From a virus (Duplodnaviria > Caudoviricetes), in IMG/VR virus record IMGVR_UViG_3300032335_001346, positions 1 to 38,425 of that record: a DNA stretch of 38,425 bases; one strand, written 5' to 3'. Numbering within the stretch: the first letter of the stretch is position 1; each line of letters starts with the position of its first letter. Made by a program: the position numbers and the translations under genes. Positions 6,782 to 15,900 of this stretch are shown one piece after another. Under the pieces are notes generated by a model, which worked only from the letters and a program-made list of their open reading frames with translations, searched no databases and was not told the origin of the DNA.

Positions 6782-7210
6782 TTAATTCATTTTACACCAA
6801 ACATGGGTTTTTTTATCTCCGTAATATTCGATAGCTAATTTCTTTTTAATTAGTAATTCACTAATTAATCCATCTTTTATTTTAATATCAGCTAAAATCC
6901 TTCCGCCAAACTTATCATGTTTGGGATTTTTTAAATAAATTTTAGTTCCTTCTGGGAGCAAAGATTCAATATATTCTTTACTTTTTTTTGCCATCTTTTG
7001 TTCACAAAGATATTTCGATTTTAGCTCTGGAGTATCGATCCCATAAATTCTAACACTAAATTTTAAATCATAAAGATTAGTATCGCTTTTTAATTCTATA
7101 GTGTCTCCATCCTTCACTCTCTCAACAACTGCTGGATAAAGTTTATCATCGGCTTTTGCTGGATCTGGTTTTGTAAATAATAGGGTAAAAATTAATGGAA
7201 TTATAATCAT
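6782..7210 (-). CDS. Thermonuclease (SNase-like) with signal peptide or membrane anchor
   Basis: V.RVKDGDTI, VRIYGIDTPE, DKFGGRILA motifs; hydrophobic N-terminus. Confidence 0.92.
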   Translation of the reverse strand: MIIIPLIFTLLFTKPDPAKADDKLYPAVVERVKDGDTIELKSDTNLYDLKFSVRIYGIDTPELKSKYLCEQKMAKKSKEYIESLLPEGTKIYLKNPKHDKFGGRILADIKIKDGLISELLIKKKLAIEYYGDKKTHVWCKMN

Positions 7211-7211
7211 A

Positions 7212-7784
7212 TCAAATTTTTAATTTTGAATTGAATTGTTGAATAATTTTTTTTGTTTTTTCAGGATTATCATCTTTGATAATCAGTTTAATTGGTTGAC
7301 CTTTTGTTAATTGATGAAACTCTTGCAAACCTTTTTGGGACTCGCTTAAAAAATAATCATAGACATAGTTTTTAAAAACTACATTATTAACAAATCTTTT
7401 ACCAATTGCTATACAGCCAAGTAAATCGTTAATATGATTACCAGAATGAGACCTAATGCCTTTTCTATTATCAACATCAAGAATTAAATATAATTCTTGT
7501 TTTAATCTATTAGATAGATTAAAAATACATTTATATTCACCAATTGGAATGCATGTAGAGGTATTGTTAATTGTTTCTTTTGTTTCTCTTTGATTGGATT
7601 TACCGTTGTAAAATAGCGGTCTTTCTAATGTAAAAAGTGGGGGAGATTTTTCTTTGCCTTTAATTTCTAAATAACCAAGAGTTGCACCATAAATATATCG
7701 ACCGTCTATTTTTAGGTCGCCGTTATTTGTATAAAATCGATTTAATATTATTTCTTGCATATTTTTAGGTAGGGTGGGGAACAT
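7212..7784 (-). CDS. DUF5675-family protein, probable endolysin
   Basis: TLERP, CIP.GEY, R.GI..HSGN...D..GCI..G; position next to holin and spanins. Confidence 0.8.
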   Translation of the reverse strand: MFPTLPKNMQEIILNRFYTNNGDLKIDGRYIYGATLGYLEIKGKEKSPPLFTLERPLFYNGKSNQRETKETINNTSTCIPIGEYKCIFNLSNRLKQELYLILDVDNRKGIRSHSGNHINDLLGCIAIGKRFVNNVVFKNYVYDYFLSESQKGLQEFHQLTKGQPIKLIIKDDNPEKTKKIIQQFNSKLKI

Positions 7785-7817
7785 ATGAAAAAACCACCCT
7801 TTTTTAAGTTTATTATT

Positions 7818-8159
7818 TTAATTTTTTTTGTCAAGACATTTTTTTTCATCATAGGATATCTTTTCATGATACCTTCCATATTCAAAAAATGCTTTAAGGA
7901 CTCTTATTTCAGGTTTCGTCAAATCCAACTTTTTATTAGCTGGTATGTTTTTATCTTCTCCATTTTGCCATTTATTAGCAAAATTTCTTAAATAATTTAG
8001 TGCTTCTTCATCTTTTTGATTAAAGAAATTATCTATCTTTAAATAGATATCGCAAAAATCACTTTTAGTTATTACTAGTGGTTCTTTTTTTACTTGCGAG
8101 CAAGCCGTGATCAAGATCAAAATCATTGCTAACAGTAATATTTTTTTTAATTTTCTCAT
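7818..8159 (-). CDS. Lipoprotein, probable o-spanin (Rz1-like)
   Basis: MRKLKKILLLAMILILITAC lipobox; overlaps the 3' end of the upstream TM/coiled-coil gene. Confidence 0.72.
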   Translation of the reverse strand: MRKLKKILLLAMILILITACSQVKKEPLVITKSDFCDIYLKIDNFFNQKDEEALNYLRNFANKWQNGEDKNIPANKKLDLTKPEIRVLKAFFEYGRYHEKISYDEKKCLDKKN

Positions 8160-8310
8160 TTTCTTTTTCAATTTTAATTGATTCTTCTTTATATTTTTTA
8201 GTCATTAACTCAATACCCTCTTTCTTGCCATCATGTTTTCCTTTTAATTTAGAAAAAAACATAGCACCAACAAAACTAAAGATCAAGCACAAAGATTCAA
8301 TTATTTTCAT
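8065..8310 (-). CDS. Probable i-spanin (Rz-like)
   Basis: Start re-called at MKIIESL; single N-terminal TM followed by a charged helix. Confidence 0.65.
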   Translation of the reverse strand: MKIIESLCLIFSFVGAMFFSKLKGKHDGKKEGIELMTKKYKEESIKIEKENEKIKKNITVSNDFDLDHGLLASKKRTTSNN

Positions 8311-8575
8311 ATTTTTTTGTAATTTTATTAGTAATTTTTCTAATTGGCTCAATAGCAATAAAGCCACCAATTAAAGCAGAGTAGAGCAAGAATGAGCACC
8401 AAACAATTACGAATTGATCAGCAAAATTGTTTTTGATCAATAAATTTCCAAAGTAAAAAGTGCCGTAAAAAACAAGGGGTAAACTGAATAAAAAAGCAAT
8501 TCTTTTAGAAGAAAGTTTTTGATTTCCGTCTTTTAAAAATTGAGAAAGTGTTAATAATTTTGTTAATATTATCAT
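8297..8575 (-). CDS. Probable holin
   Basis: LSSKR motif followed by two TM helices and a basic C-terminus. Confidence 0.68.
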   Translation of the reverse strand: MIILTKLLTLSQFLKDGNQKLSSKRIAFLFSLPLVFYGTFYFGNLLIKNNFADQFVIVWCSFLLYSALIGGFIAIEPIRKITNKITKKYENN

Positions 8576-8751
8576 TTTAATAATAATTTGTTAATAATCT
8601 CAATAATAGCACTACCAGCAAAGATAGCAATTATAATTGATCCTGTAATAAAAGCAATACTTATTCCAGTAAAAAAAATATTGCCATGGGTTTTATTGCG
8701 GTCTAAATGTCTCAAGAATAGCTTTATCCAAAGATTAATATTTTTTTTCAT
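8572..8751 (-). CDS. Small membrane protein
   Basis: One TM segment; start re-called at MKKNIN. Confidence 0.5.
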   Translation of the reverse strand: MKKNINLWIKLFLRHLDRNKTHGNIFFTGISIAFITGSIIIAIFAGSAIIEIINKLLLK

Positions 8752-8752
8752 T

Positions 8753-9262
8753 TTAAAATAAAAGATTAATGCTAGCAATGCCCGCCCCTTTAAGATTCAA
8801 TTCTTTATTTGGAGCGATTAAACTTAAAGTTATTAAAACATCTTTTTTTAAAATATAAGAATAATTAACGCCGTAAAGAATTGAGTGATTGTTTTTTCTA
8901 TGATTATCAATTTTTCTTTTAGATTCAACATTGATAATTGATCCGCTGAAAATATTACGATTAACCCTATAGCCAAGAGTAAAAGTATCGCTTGTTAATT
9001 TTGTTTTTAAAATAGTTAAATTATTGTCAAATTTTCTTACAGCATAAGTTTTATTTTCTCTTTCTAAAAATCTATTAGTTTGAATAGAAACTGTAAATTT
9101 ATTTAGATTATAAAATAATCCATAACTTAAATTTTGAGTATTTTGCGATGGAATTTTATAGTTTTTATCTTTGAGTTGTGAGTAAACATTGGAAGCAGTA
9201 AGCATAAATTTAGCTTGGGCTGGAGCAGAAATTAAGCAAAAGATGACAATTAATATTTTCAT
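8753..9262 (-). CDS. Putative outer-membrane beta-barrel protein
   Basis: Signal peptide ending AQA, alternating amphipathic strands (LSYGLFY, TFTLGYR, LYGVNYSY), C-terminal Phe. Confidence 0.55.
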   Translation of the reverse strand: MKILIVIFCLISAPAQAKFMLTASNVYSQLKDKNYKIPSQNTQNLSYGLFYNLNKFTVSIQTNRFLERENKTYAVRKFDNNLTILKTKLTSDTFTLGYRVNRNIFSGSIINVESKRKIDNHRKNNHSILYGVNYSYILKKDVLITLSLIAPNKELNLKGAGIASINLLF

Positions 9263-9582
9263 TATTTTTGATTTAATTTATTTAAAATTTCATCTAAATA
9301 CAATTTTATTTGTTGCGTTCCATTTTTTTCATGGCGATCAATTTTTTCTAATTGTTCTTTTACTTCTTTTTTAAATTCTTTCATTTCGTCTTTCATTTCG
9401 TCTTGATTTTTTTTTAGTGCAACAATAAAATCTTCCCTTGTTTTTTTCTCACTTATTAACAATCTATTTTCACAATCACTAACAATAGATTTTGTCCAAA
9501 TTTTAGTTAATACTACAAATAACCCAGAAATTAAACTAATTATTAACCAGAATAATTTGTCAAAAAAAATTTGAAAAGTCAT
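9262..9582 (-). CDS. Membrane-anchored coiled-coil protein
   Basis: N-terminal TM plus charged heptads. Confidence 0.65.
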   Translation of the reverse strand: MTFQIFFDKLFWLIISLISGLFVVLTKIWTKSIVSDCENRLLISEKKTREDFIVALKKNQDEMKDEMKEFKKEVKEQLEKIDRHEKNGTQQIKLYLDEILNKLNQK

Positions 9583-10241
9583 AAAAGATAAAGTAAATTG
9601 TAAGTTAATTTTTCTAGTAAATTTGCCATATCGCTTTCATTACATTTGTAGTTTTTTTGTTTTTCAACTCTTGATAAAGAATGGATAAAAATTGGTTTAC
9701 CTTGTGGATTTTTTATAACAATTACCATTATCTTATCAAAATTATTTTTTGATAAATCTAGTAAATCAAGGGACTCATTGTAGTCTTCAAAGTTTTTAAC
9801 AATAAAATAATCCTCTTTTATTTCAGCGATTTGTTTTAATTTCTTTTCATCAATTTGAAATTTTGTATTAAATAATCTTTGATTTAAAAGTTTTAGGGAT
9901 AAATCTGGATTTTGCTGATCACCTATAATTTCAATTGAATAAAAATATTTTTGATTATTTTCGATTCTATAAAAACCAACATAATAATAAGGCGAACATG
10001 TGTGAATAAGCTCTTTCATCTTTTGGATTTGAGCTTTTTCAATTACAGTCAATCTTTCCTCTTCAGCATTTCTAATCTTTAGATTTTTTAAATCAATTTG
10101 TGAAAATAAAAAATTTATTTTTAACAAAAAATGCAATAAAATTATTGAAAATAAAATAAAAATAATAAAAGTTATTTTGATTAATCTTTTATTAATTTTA
10201 ATTTTGTATTTTAATCTATCTAAGAATAATTTAATTTTCAT
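9579..10241 (-). CDS. Membrane-anchored protein with soluble domain (function unknown)
   Basis: N-terminal TM; ATGA coupling on both sides. Confidence 0.6.
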   Translation of the reverse strand: MKIKLFLDRLKYKIKINKRLIKITFIIFILFSIILLHFLLKINFLFSQIDLKNLKIRNAEEERLTVIEKAQIQKMKELIHTCSPYYYVGFYRIENNQKYFYSIEIIGDQQNPDLSLKLLNQRLFNTKFQIDEKKLKQIAEIKEDYFIVKNFEDYNESLDLLDLSKNNFDKIMVIVIKNPQGKPIFIHSLSRVEKQKNYKCNESDMANLLEKLTYNLLYLL

Positions 10242-10843
10242 TGTTTAAATAAAATTTGTTTAGATCCAAGATTGCCTTCGAAAATATCACTTGGAGTCAT
10301 TTCGTAGGGATTACCTTTTTGAATTTGGCTTAAAAGATAGCCTTGATCTTTTAAGAATAAACCCACCAAAGCACTACAAAAAAGCTCTTTTCTTTTAGAT
10401 AACTTAGTCAAATTAATTCCAGAAAATAAAGCATTAATTTTACTATACTCAACTCCCAGATATTTATTTTCAAAGGCTTTTGCTTTTATTTTATCAACAT
10501 TGGTTAATTCTTCTATGTAGACCTTGCCTCTAAAATGTTCTAATTTATCTATTAAAGTGTTTTCTTCCATCCCTCTTTCTAATCCCGCCTCAAATACCTT
10601 AGCAATATAATTATCATTTTCTTGATCATAAATAAATCTTGAGATATGACAAACATGATCAATATCTTTTTTGCCAGTAAAACTAGCAAGTGCTTTAGTG
10701 AGTAGCATCAAGGGGCTATGATAAATATTTTTTAAGCAAATAGAATAATCAAAATAAATTAGATAGATTTTATTTTTATCTAAATTATTTATTCTTGTTT
10801 GTAAATTATTAAATTTTTTAATAACTTCTAAATTTTTTTTCAT
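10238..10843 (-). CDS. Permuted papain-like (YiiX/YebB-type NlpC/P60) amidase
   Basis: His (DHVCHI) precedes Cys (ELFCSALV); G.EY and MTPSDI motifs. Confidence 0.78.
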   Translation of the reverse strand: MKKNLEVIKKFNNLQTRINNLDKNKIYLIYFDYSICLKNIYHSPLMLLTKALASFTGKKDIDHVCHISRFIYDQENDNYIAKVFEAGLERGMEENTLIDKLEHFRGKVYIEELTNVDKIKAKAFENKYLGVEYSKINALFSGINLTKLSKRKELFCSALVGLFLKDQGYLLSQIQKGNPYEMTPSDIFEGNLGSKQILFKQ

Positions 10844-11418
10844 TACACGTTCATTAATTTAGTTATTCGTGTTAGCATCTCAAAAGTTGCTAATTTTGGA
10901 TCCCAAAAAATATTATCTAAATCTTCAATTTTTTTACAATTTTCAATATTTGTTAGAATTACTGAGTAAATTGCAAAATTAGTTTGAAATCGATTTATTA
11001 TATGGTTGAGGATTGTCAATGCTTCGTTTGGTTTTATCCTTACCACAATTTTATTATTTTTTTCATCAACAGTTGCATAAGGCAAAGGTCTTTGTGTAAG
11101 GCAAATAATTTTTAAATATCGATCTGGCTCTAGTGCTGGTATTTTTTGATTTTGAAAATCTAAAGAAAATCTATATTTTTTAATTGTTCCAGTTCCTAAC
11201 CCACTTAAAACAAGTCCATCAAAAAAATGAGGTCTTAGATTTTCTTGAAGATAAATTTCTTCAATTTCATTTTCTTTAATTTTTTTTGCTTCTTTTAATT
11301 CAAATTCTAAAATTTCTTCTGCACTTGCAGATTCAAATAATTCAGGATACAAAGGAGATTCACTTTCTTGAAATTTGTGAATTTTTTGAGTAGATATTTC
11401 TTTTAAAAATTTATTCAT
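10843..11418 (-). CDS. Probable tail fibre assembly/chaperone protein
   Basis: Directly downstream of the tail fibre; L.EAKK.K..EI start and I..C..IEDL..I.W end, DUF4376-like. Confidence 0.6.
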   Translation of the reverse strand: MNKFLKEISTQKIHKFQESESPLYPELFESASAEEILEFELKEAKKIKENEIEEIYLQENLRPHFFDGLVLSGLGTGTIKKYRFSLDFQNQKIPALEPDRYLKIICLTQRPLPYATVDEKNNKIVVRIKPNEALTILNHIINRFQTNFAIYSVILTNIENCKKIEDLDNIFWDPKLATFEMLTRITKLMNV

Positions 11419-11423
11419 ATTTT

Positions 11424-12941
11424 TTATCTGTTAATTGGATTATAAGTATAGCCTTTTGTTAAAATTTGCAAATTGTTAGTTAATGTTGACATTAACGATA
11501 CTTGAGCAGAAGTATTTGTTAATGTTTTCGTATAAAAATTATATCCAACACTTCCGGCGTTATTGTATGCATATCCATTAAAATTAGTTGAAGATGCAGT
11601 TGTAGTCTTTTGTGGATCAATTATTAATGAATATACTGTTGCACCAGTTTCTCCTCTACAAGCTAATTCACAATTAAATTTTAATCCTAATGGAACTGCT
11701 ACAGTTTGTAAAGTTGCTGTAGTTGGTGCAGCTGAAAAAGTTCTGCTTTCAACAGGAGTATTAAATTCAAAATCATATGAACCATCTAATCTAAAACTAT
11801 AACTTCCTCTTCTAATGTTCCCGCTAGCGTCAGTTAATAAAGATGCAATATATTCATATTTTGTATAACCAGTAGGCAATACACTTGTTGGATCAGGAGT
11901 TGTTCCAGCAACACCAAGTAATGCTCCATAATCAATCGTTCCATCAGTTTTATAAATTGCAAATAAATGATATGTTGAGCTATTAGCTCTAGCACCACTT
12001 AAAAGCATATTACCGTTATTTCCAGCTGACCAAGAACCTGTTGATTGTAATCTTTTAGTCATTGCTGTTGATAATGCTTGACCTGAACCATCGTGAAAAT
12101 TCATTACACCAGCAAAAAAGTCAATATCAGTATTTGGAGTGCTTGAGTTATTACCTACGGTAATTGAATTTGCAGGTAATGACAAATAATTAACGCCTTG
12201 GGCGGTAAAAGTGGCAAATAAATCTCTTAAAACCATTGAACCTAATCCATTGAAATAAGGTAGTTTATTTAATGCCCCTGTTAATCCTGCTAAAGCAGTA
12301 AGATTAACATTTAATTGTTGAGCATCAAGAGTTGTTCTTGCTTGTGCAGCAGTTAAATCATCTAATAAAGTTTTAGCAAAAGCAGAAACGGGAGCTAAAC
12401 CCACATCCGCTAAATCTTTAGTTGTTAAATTATTGCCATCATTATTGATAGCTATTACTTGATTTGCTTGACTTGCTCCTATTGGAAATTCAATATTTGT
12501 TAATATTGAAGATTTTGGCAATTTAATAACTCTATTTAAATTTTCTTTTGTTTCTAAAAGCATTAAAGTCAATTTATCTAAAGATCCTTCTAATGCAGTT
12601 CCGGGTAAAGCATCAGTTCCAGAAGTTGTAATATCGTTATTTTGAGTAAAATTTAATTTTCTTAAAATAGAAACTTTATAATTTAATGTAGGAGCGGTAT
12701 TTAAAACAACATTACCTTGAGCAATTACCCCATTTAAATAATCTGTTTGGTTATAAGTTATGGTATAATCAGTAGTTTCAGTTTTAATTGTTTCAACTCC
12801 TGAAAGATCAGTAATAATAATTTCTAATGAAAATTTAGGAGTAGTATTAGATTCATAAAAAATAGGAAAATCAAAAGCAAAGGTAGTATTTACCCCGTTT
12901 GCAGTATAATCTTTTCTTAATGTTTGTGTTGTAATTGTCAT
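11424..12941 (-). CDS. Tail fibre protein
   Basis: T7 gp17-like N-terminus YTANGVNTTFAFDFPIF...LDKLT; shaft motifs FAKTLLDD..A..ARTTL and LTALAGL. Start re-called at MTITTQ. Confidence 0.88.
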   Translation of the reverse strand: MTITTQTLRKDYTANGVNTTFAFDFPIFYESNTTPKFSLEIIITDLSGVETIKTETTDYTITYNQTDYLNGVIAQGNVVLNTAPTLNYKVSILRKLNFTQNNDITTSGTDALPGTALEGSLDKLTLMLLETKENLNRVIKLPKSSILTNIEFPIGASQANQVIAINNDGNNLTTKDLADVGLAPVSAFAKTLLDDLTAAQARTTLDAQQLNVNLTALAGLTGALNKLPYFNGLGSMVLRDLFATFTAQGVNYLSLPANSITVGNNSSTPNTDIDFFAGVMNFHDGSGQALSTAMTKRLQSTGSWSAGNNGNMLLSGARANSSTYHLFAIYKTDGTIDYGALLGVAGTTPDPTSVLPTGYTKYEYIASLLTDASGNIRRGSYSFRLDGSYDFEFNTPVESRTFSAAPTTATLQTVAVPLGLKFNCELACRGETGATVYSLIIDPQKTTTASSTNFNGYAYNNAGSVGYNFYTKTLTNTSAQVSLMSTLTNNLQILTKGYTYNPINR

Positions 12942-12975
12942 TTTTTTTAAATTTTTTCTAAAGTTATAATTTTTT

Positions 12976-15900
12976 TTATTTATTTGCAATAGATTTTTCG
13001 AAATTATCCATTGTTGTTGTTAAAATTAAAGTATTATTTAAAGGAATCATTCTTCTAATTGCTTTTGCATCGGCTTCAGTTATTTCTTGTGATCTTAAAG
13101 CATTTACAGATATTGCGGCATTACCTAATAAATCTACACTTGGACCAAGTAAAGAAGAGGCAAAATCTCTTGTTTGGTATCTTGATAATTTACCTACTCC
13201 ACTTAAAGTTGAAACTCCTAAACCAACTTTATCAGCAATGTGAGAATATTCAGTTAAAATTCCAAAATAACCACTTCTATCTAAACCTTCGCTTATCCAA
13301 ACTTCAGGTTTATTAGAAACTTCTTTGTTAGCTAATTTTTTTCTAAAATAATAAGACATCATTCCTAAAGCAGTTGCAGAAATTAAACCATTTAAAACCG
13401 CCATATCTTTTTGTTGTAATCCAGAGGCTAAAACTTGTTGTGTTGCTCCAAAAGTAAAAGATTTAAATTGCCCAACAACTTTCCCAACTTCGGTTTGCAT
13501 CCACAAAGGTAAATCACCAGCACCAACAGAAACAATTGTGCTATCAACATCAATATTTAATGCATTTCTATAAATTCTAACTGCTTCAGGATTTTTCCAT
13601 TTTTCAGTATTTGCAACCCATAAACCATCTTCCTTGTAAGCATATTTTTTTAATTCATTAGCTATTATTTTATAATTATCTCTACCTATTCCTAAATAAC
13701 CTAAATAAGTTATGTCTTTTTCATTTGCAGAATCATATTTAGATATAGCATTAACCATTCTTTGTTGCGAAACAACAGAACTAAAAGCTTTTTGCGAATC
13801 ATTCCATAAGGGCATCAAATTTATTTTTGACATCCCGTTACTTATATTGCTAATTAACTTTTCAAAAGATGATAAATTACTTGCAAGAGAATCATTTAAA
13901 CCAGAAAAGCTAGCCATTCTTTCAGGCATAATTCTATCTGTAATATTGCCAGCTAATTTCGCCTCTTTAACATTCAATTTAATTCCTTGTAAATTAGTTA
14001 TTAAATTTGGTAAAGTTTTTGCCCAAGTTTTTAATCCATGTTTTCTTATAGGATTTGCTAAATCAGTAATTGAAGAAATTGCAACTTGTCCCATTTTTGT
14101 AATATAATTATATTCTCTAGCAATTCTTCCACCTCTAACTATCATTGAGTCAGGATCATCTGGTCTAGCATACATTCCTCTCATTATTTTTAATGTAGAG
14201 TCTATATCATTAATAACTTTTTTTCTTTCTCTTTCAATATTTTTTAATATTTTAGGATCGGCAATACCCTTTTTTGCTTGCAAATATTCTTCATTAATTC
14301 TAGCTATTTCATTATCCAGAGTTAAATCGCCATCAAAGGCTCTTGCCACTTCAATATCAGTAGCCATAGTATTTTGATAATAATTTAAAACTTTTGAACC
14401 ATCATTTTCTAGCCAAGGTTCTAATTCATTATCTTGAACAAAATTTAAAGTTCGTTCTTTTAGCGGCCCTCTTTCTGCAATTTTAATCCCTAAATCATCA
14501 ATTAAACCAAGTCTATCTTCACCTTTTAAATTATTTATGATATTAGTTGTAATTTCTTCTATATATTGATCTTGATTACCCATTTGGTCAAATTTTTCTT
14601 TAACTTGCAAAGCATTTTTATCATATTGTTTTTTTAATATTTCAATTTTTTTCTTTAATGTTTTCATCTCAGCTTTAGCTAAACCATATTCTAATTTATT
14701 TAAATTAAATTTTACTAATTTATTTGCTTTTTCAATTTTAACATTTTGTTTTAATGCTCTAGCATTTTGTTTTTTAATCTCTATATTTTCTTTTAATGCC
14801 CTAGTATTTTGTTTTTCAATTTTAATGCTTTTTTTAATATTTCCTTTTTCAATTTTTACTTCCTCTTTTAAGCTATTTATATCTATGCCGTATTGATCTA
14901 AATAATTTAAAAATTCTTGAGCTTCCTCAATTTTTAATTGAGCATCTAAATCTTTTATACTATATACTTTTTCACCATTTATTTCTTGTCTAATTAAACC
15001 AATTAAATCATTTTCAGTTATATCTTGTCTTGTTGTATATTCTGGAAAATAACCAGCCTCAAAAGCAGCCTCCATTGCAGAACTTAAAGATTGGTTATTA
15101 CTTTGTTTACCATCAAAAAATAAACCTCCCATTAATTTTTCTTTTCTTATTAAAAAAGGGTATGTTTTGTTGGTTATGCCTAAATTTTTTAATTCACCAC
15201 CAATGTCAACAATACCCCCCCTTTCTTTTAAAAAAGTTAACAAACTTTTACTTTTATTTTCTTTTATACTTTTATTAGCTAGTTTATATTGATTAATAAG
15301 ATTAATTTTTTCATCAATATCATAAAAACTTTTATTGCCAGTAATATATTTATTGTAAATTTCTTGTATTTGATTTTCGTCTATTTCAAAACTATCTGGT
15401 AATTTACTTGATAAATCATCCAAAAAATCATCGAAACTATTGCCTTTATTTTGAAATATTGTTTCTTGAAATATATTTTTATATTCTTGGGGTATTAAAT
15501 TATCTGCTTTTATATTATTAATTTCTATATCATTTAATTTTTTTTCTCTAATTTTAAAAATTTTAAATTTTGGATTAACCAATTCTTTTACTTTTTCAAC
15601 ATAATCAGTTAATTCATCAACTCTAGTTTGAAAAAACAAAATCCTAGAATTTAAATTTAATTCTTTTTTTAATTCAATATTTTTAACTTGAGGTATTAAA
15701 ATATTTTTTATTTTATCTTTTAATAATGTTCTTAAATCATTTTCTTTAGCAATTACTTTTGTTTTGTTCCATAGTCTAGGAAAATAACTTTCAGCGGTTT
15801 TTGGTTTTGTAGTTAATATTTTTTCATCTAACAGTCCAACATTAACAGCTTCTTTACCTAGCTTTGAAATAACTTCATTTCTTGCGGTTTTTGCTAATTG

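Noticed and set aside
5625-7210. Restriction-modification pair (C5 methylase plus nuclease)
   Set aside because: The nearby nuclease is an exported SNase-type enzyme on the opposite strand, and DUF1064 is a common phage gene; the methylase is best read as an orphan.
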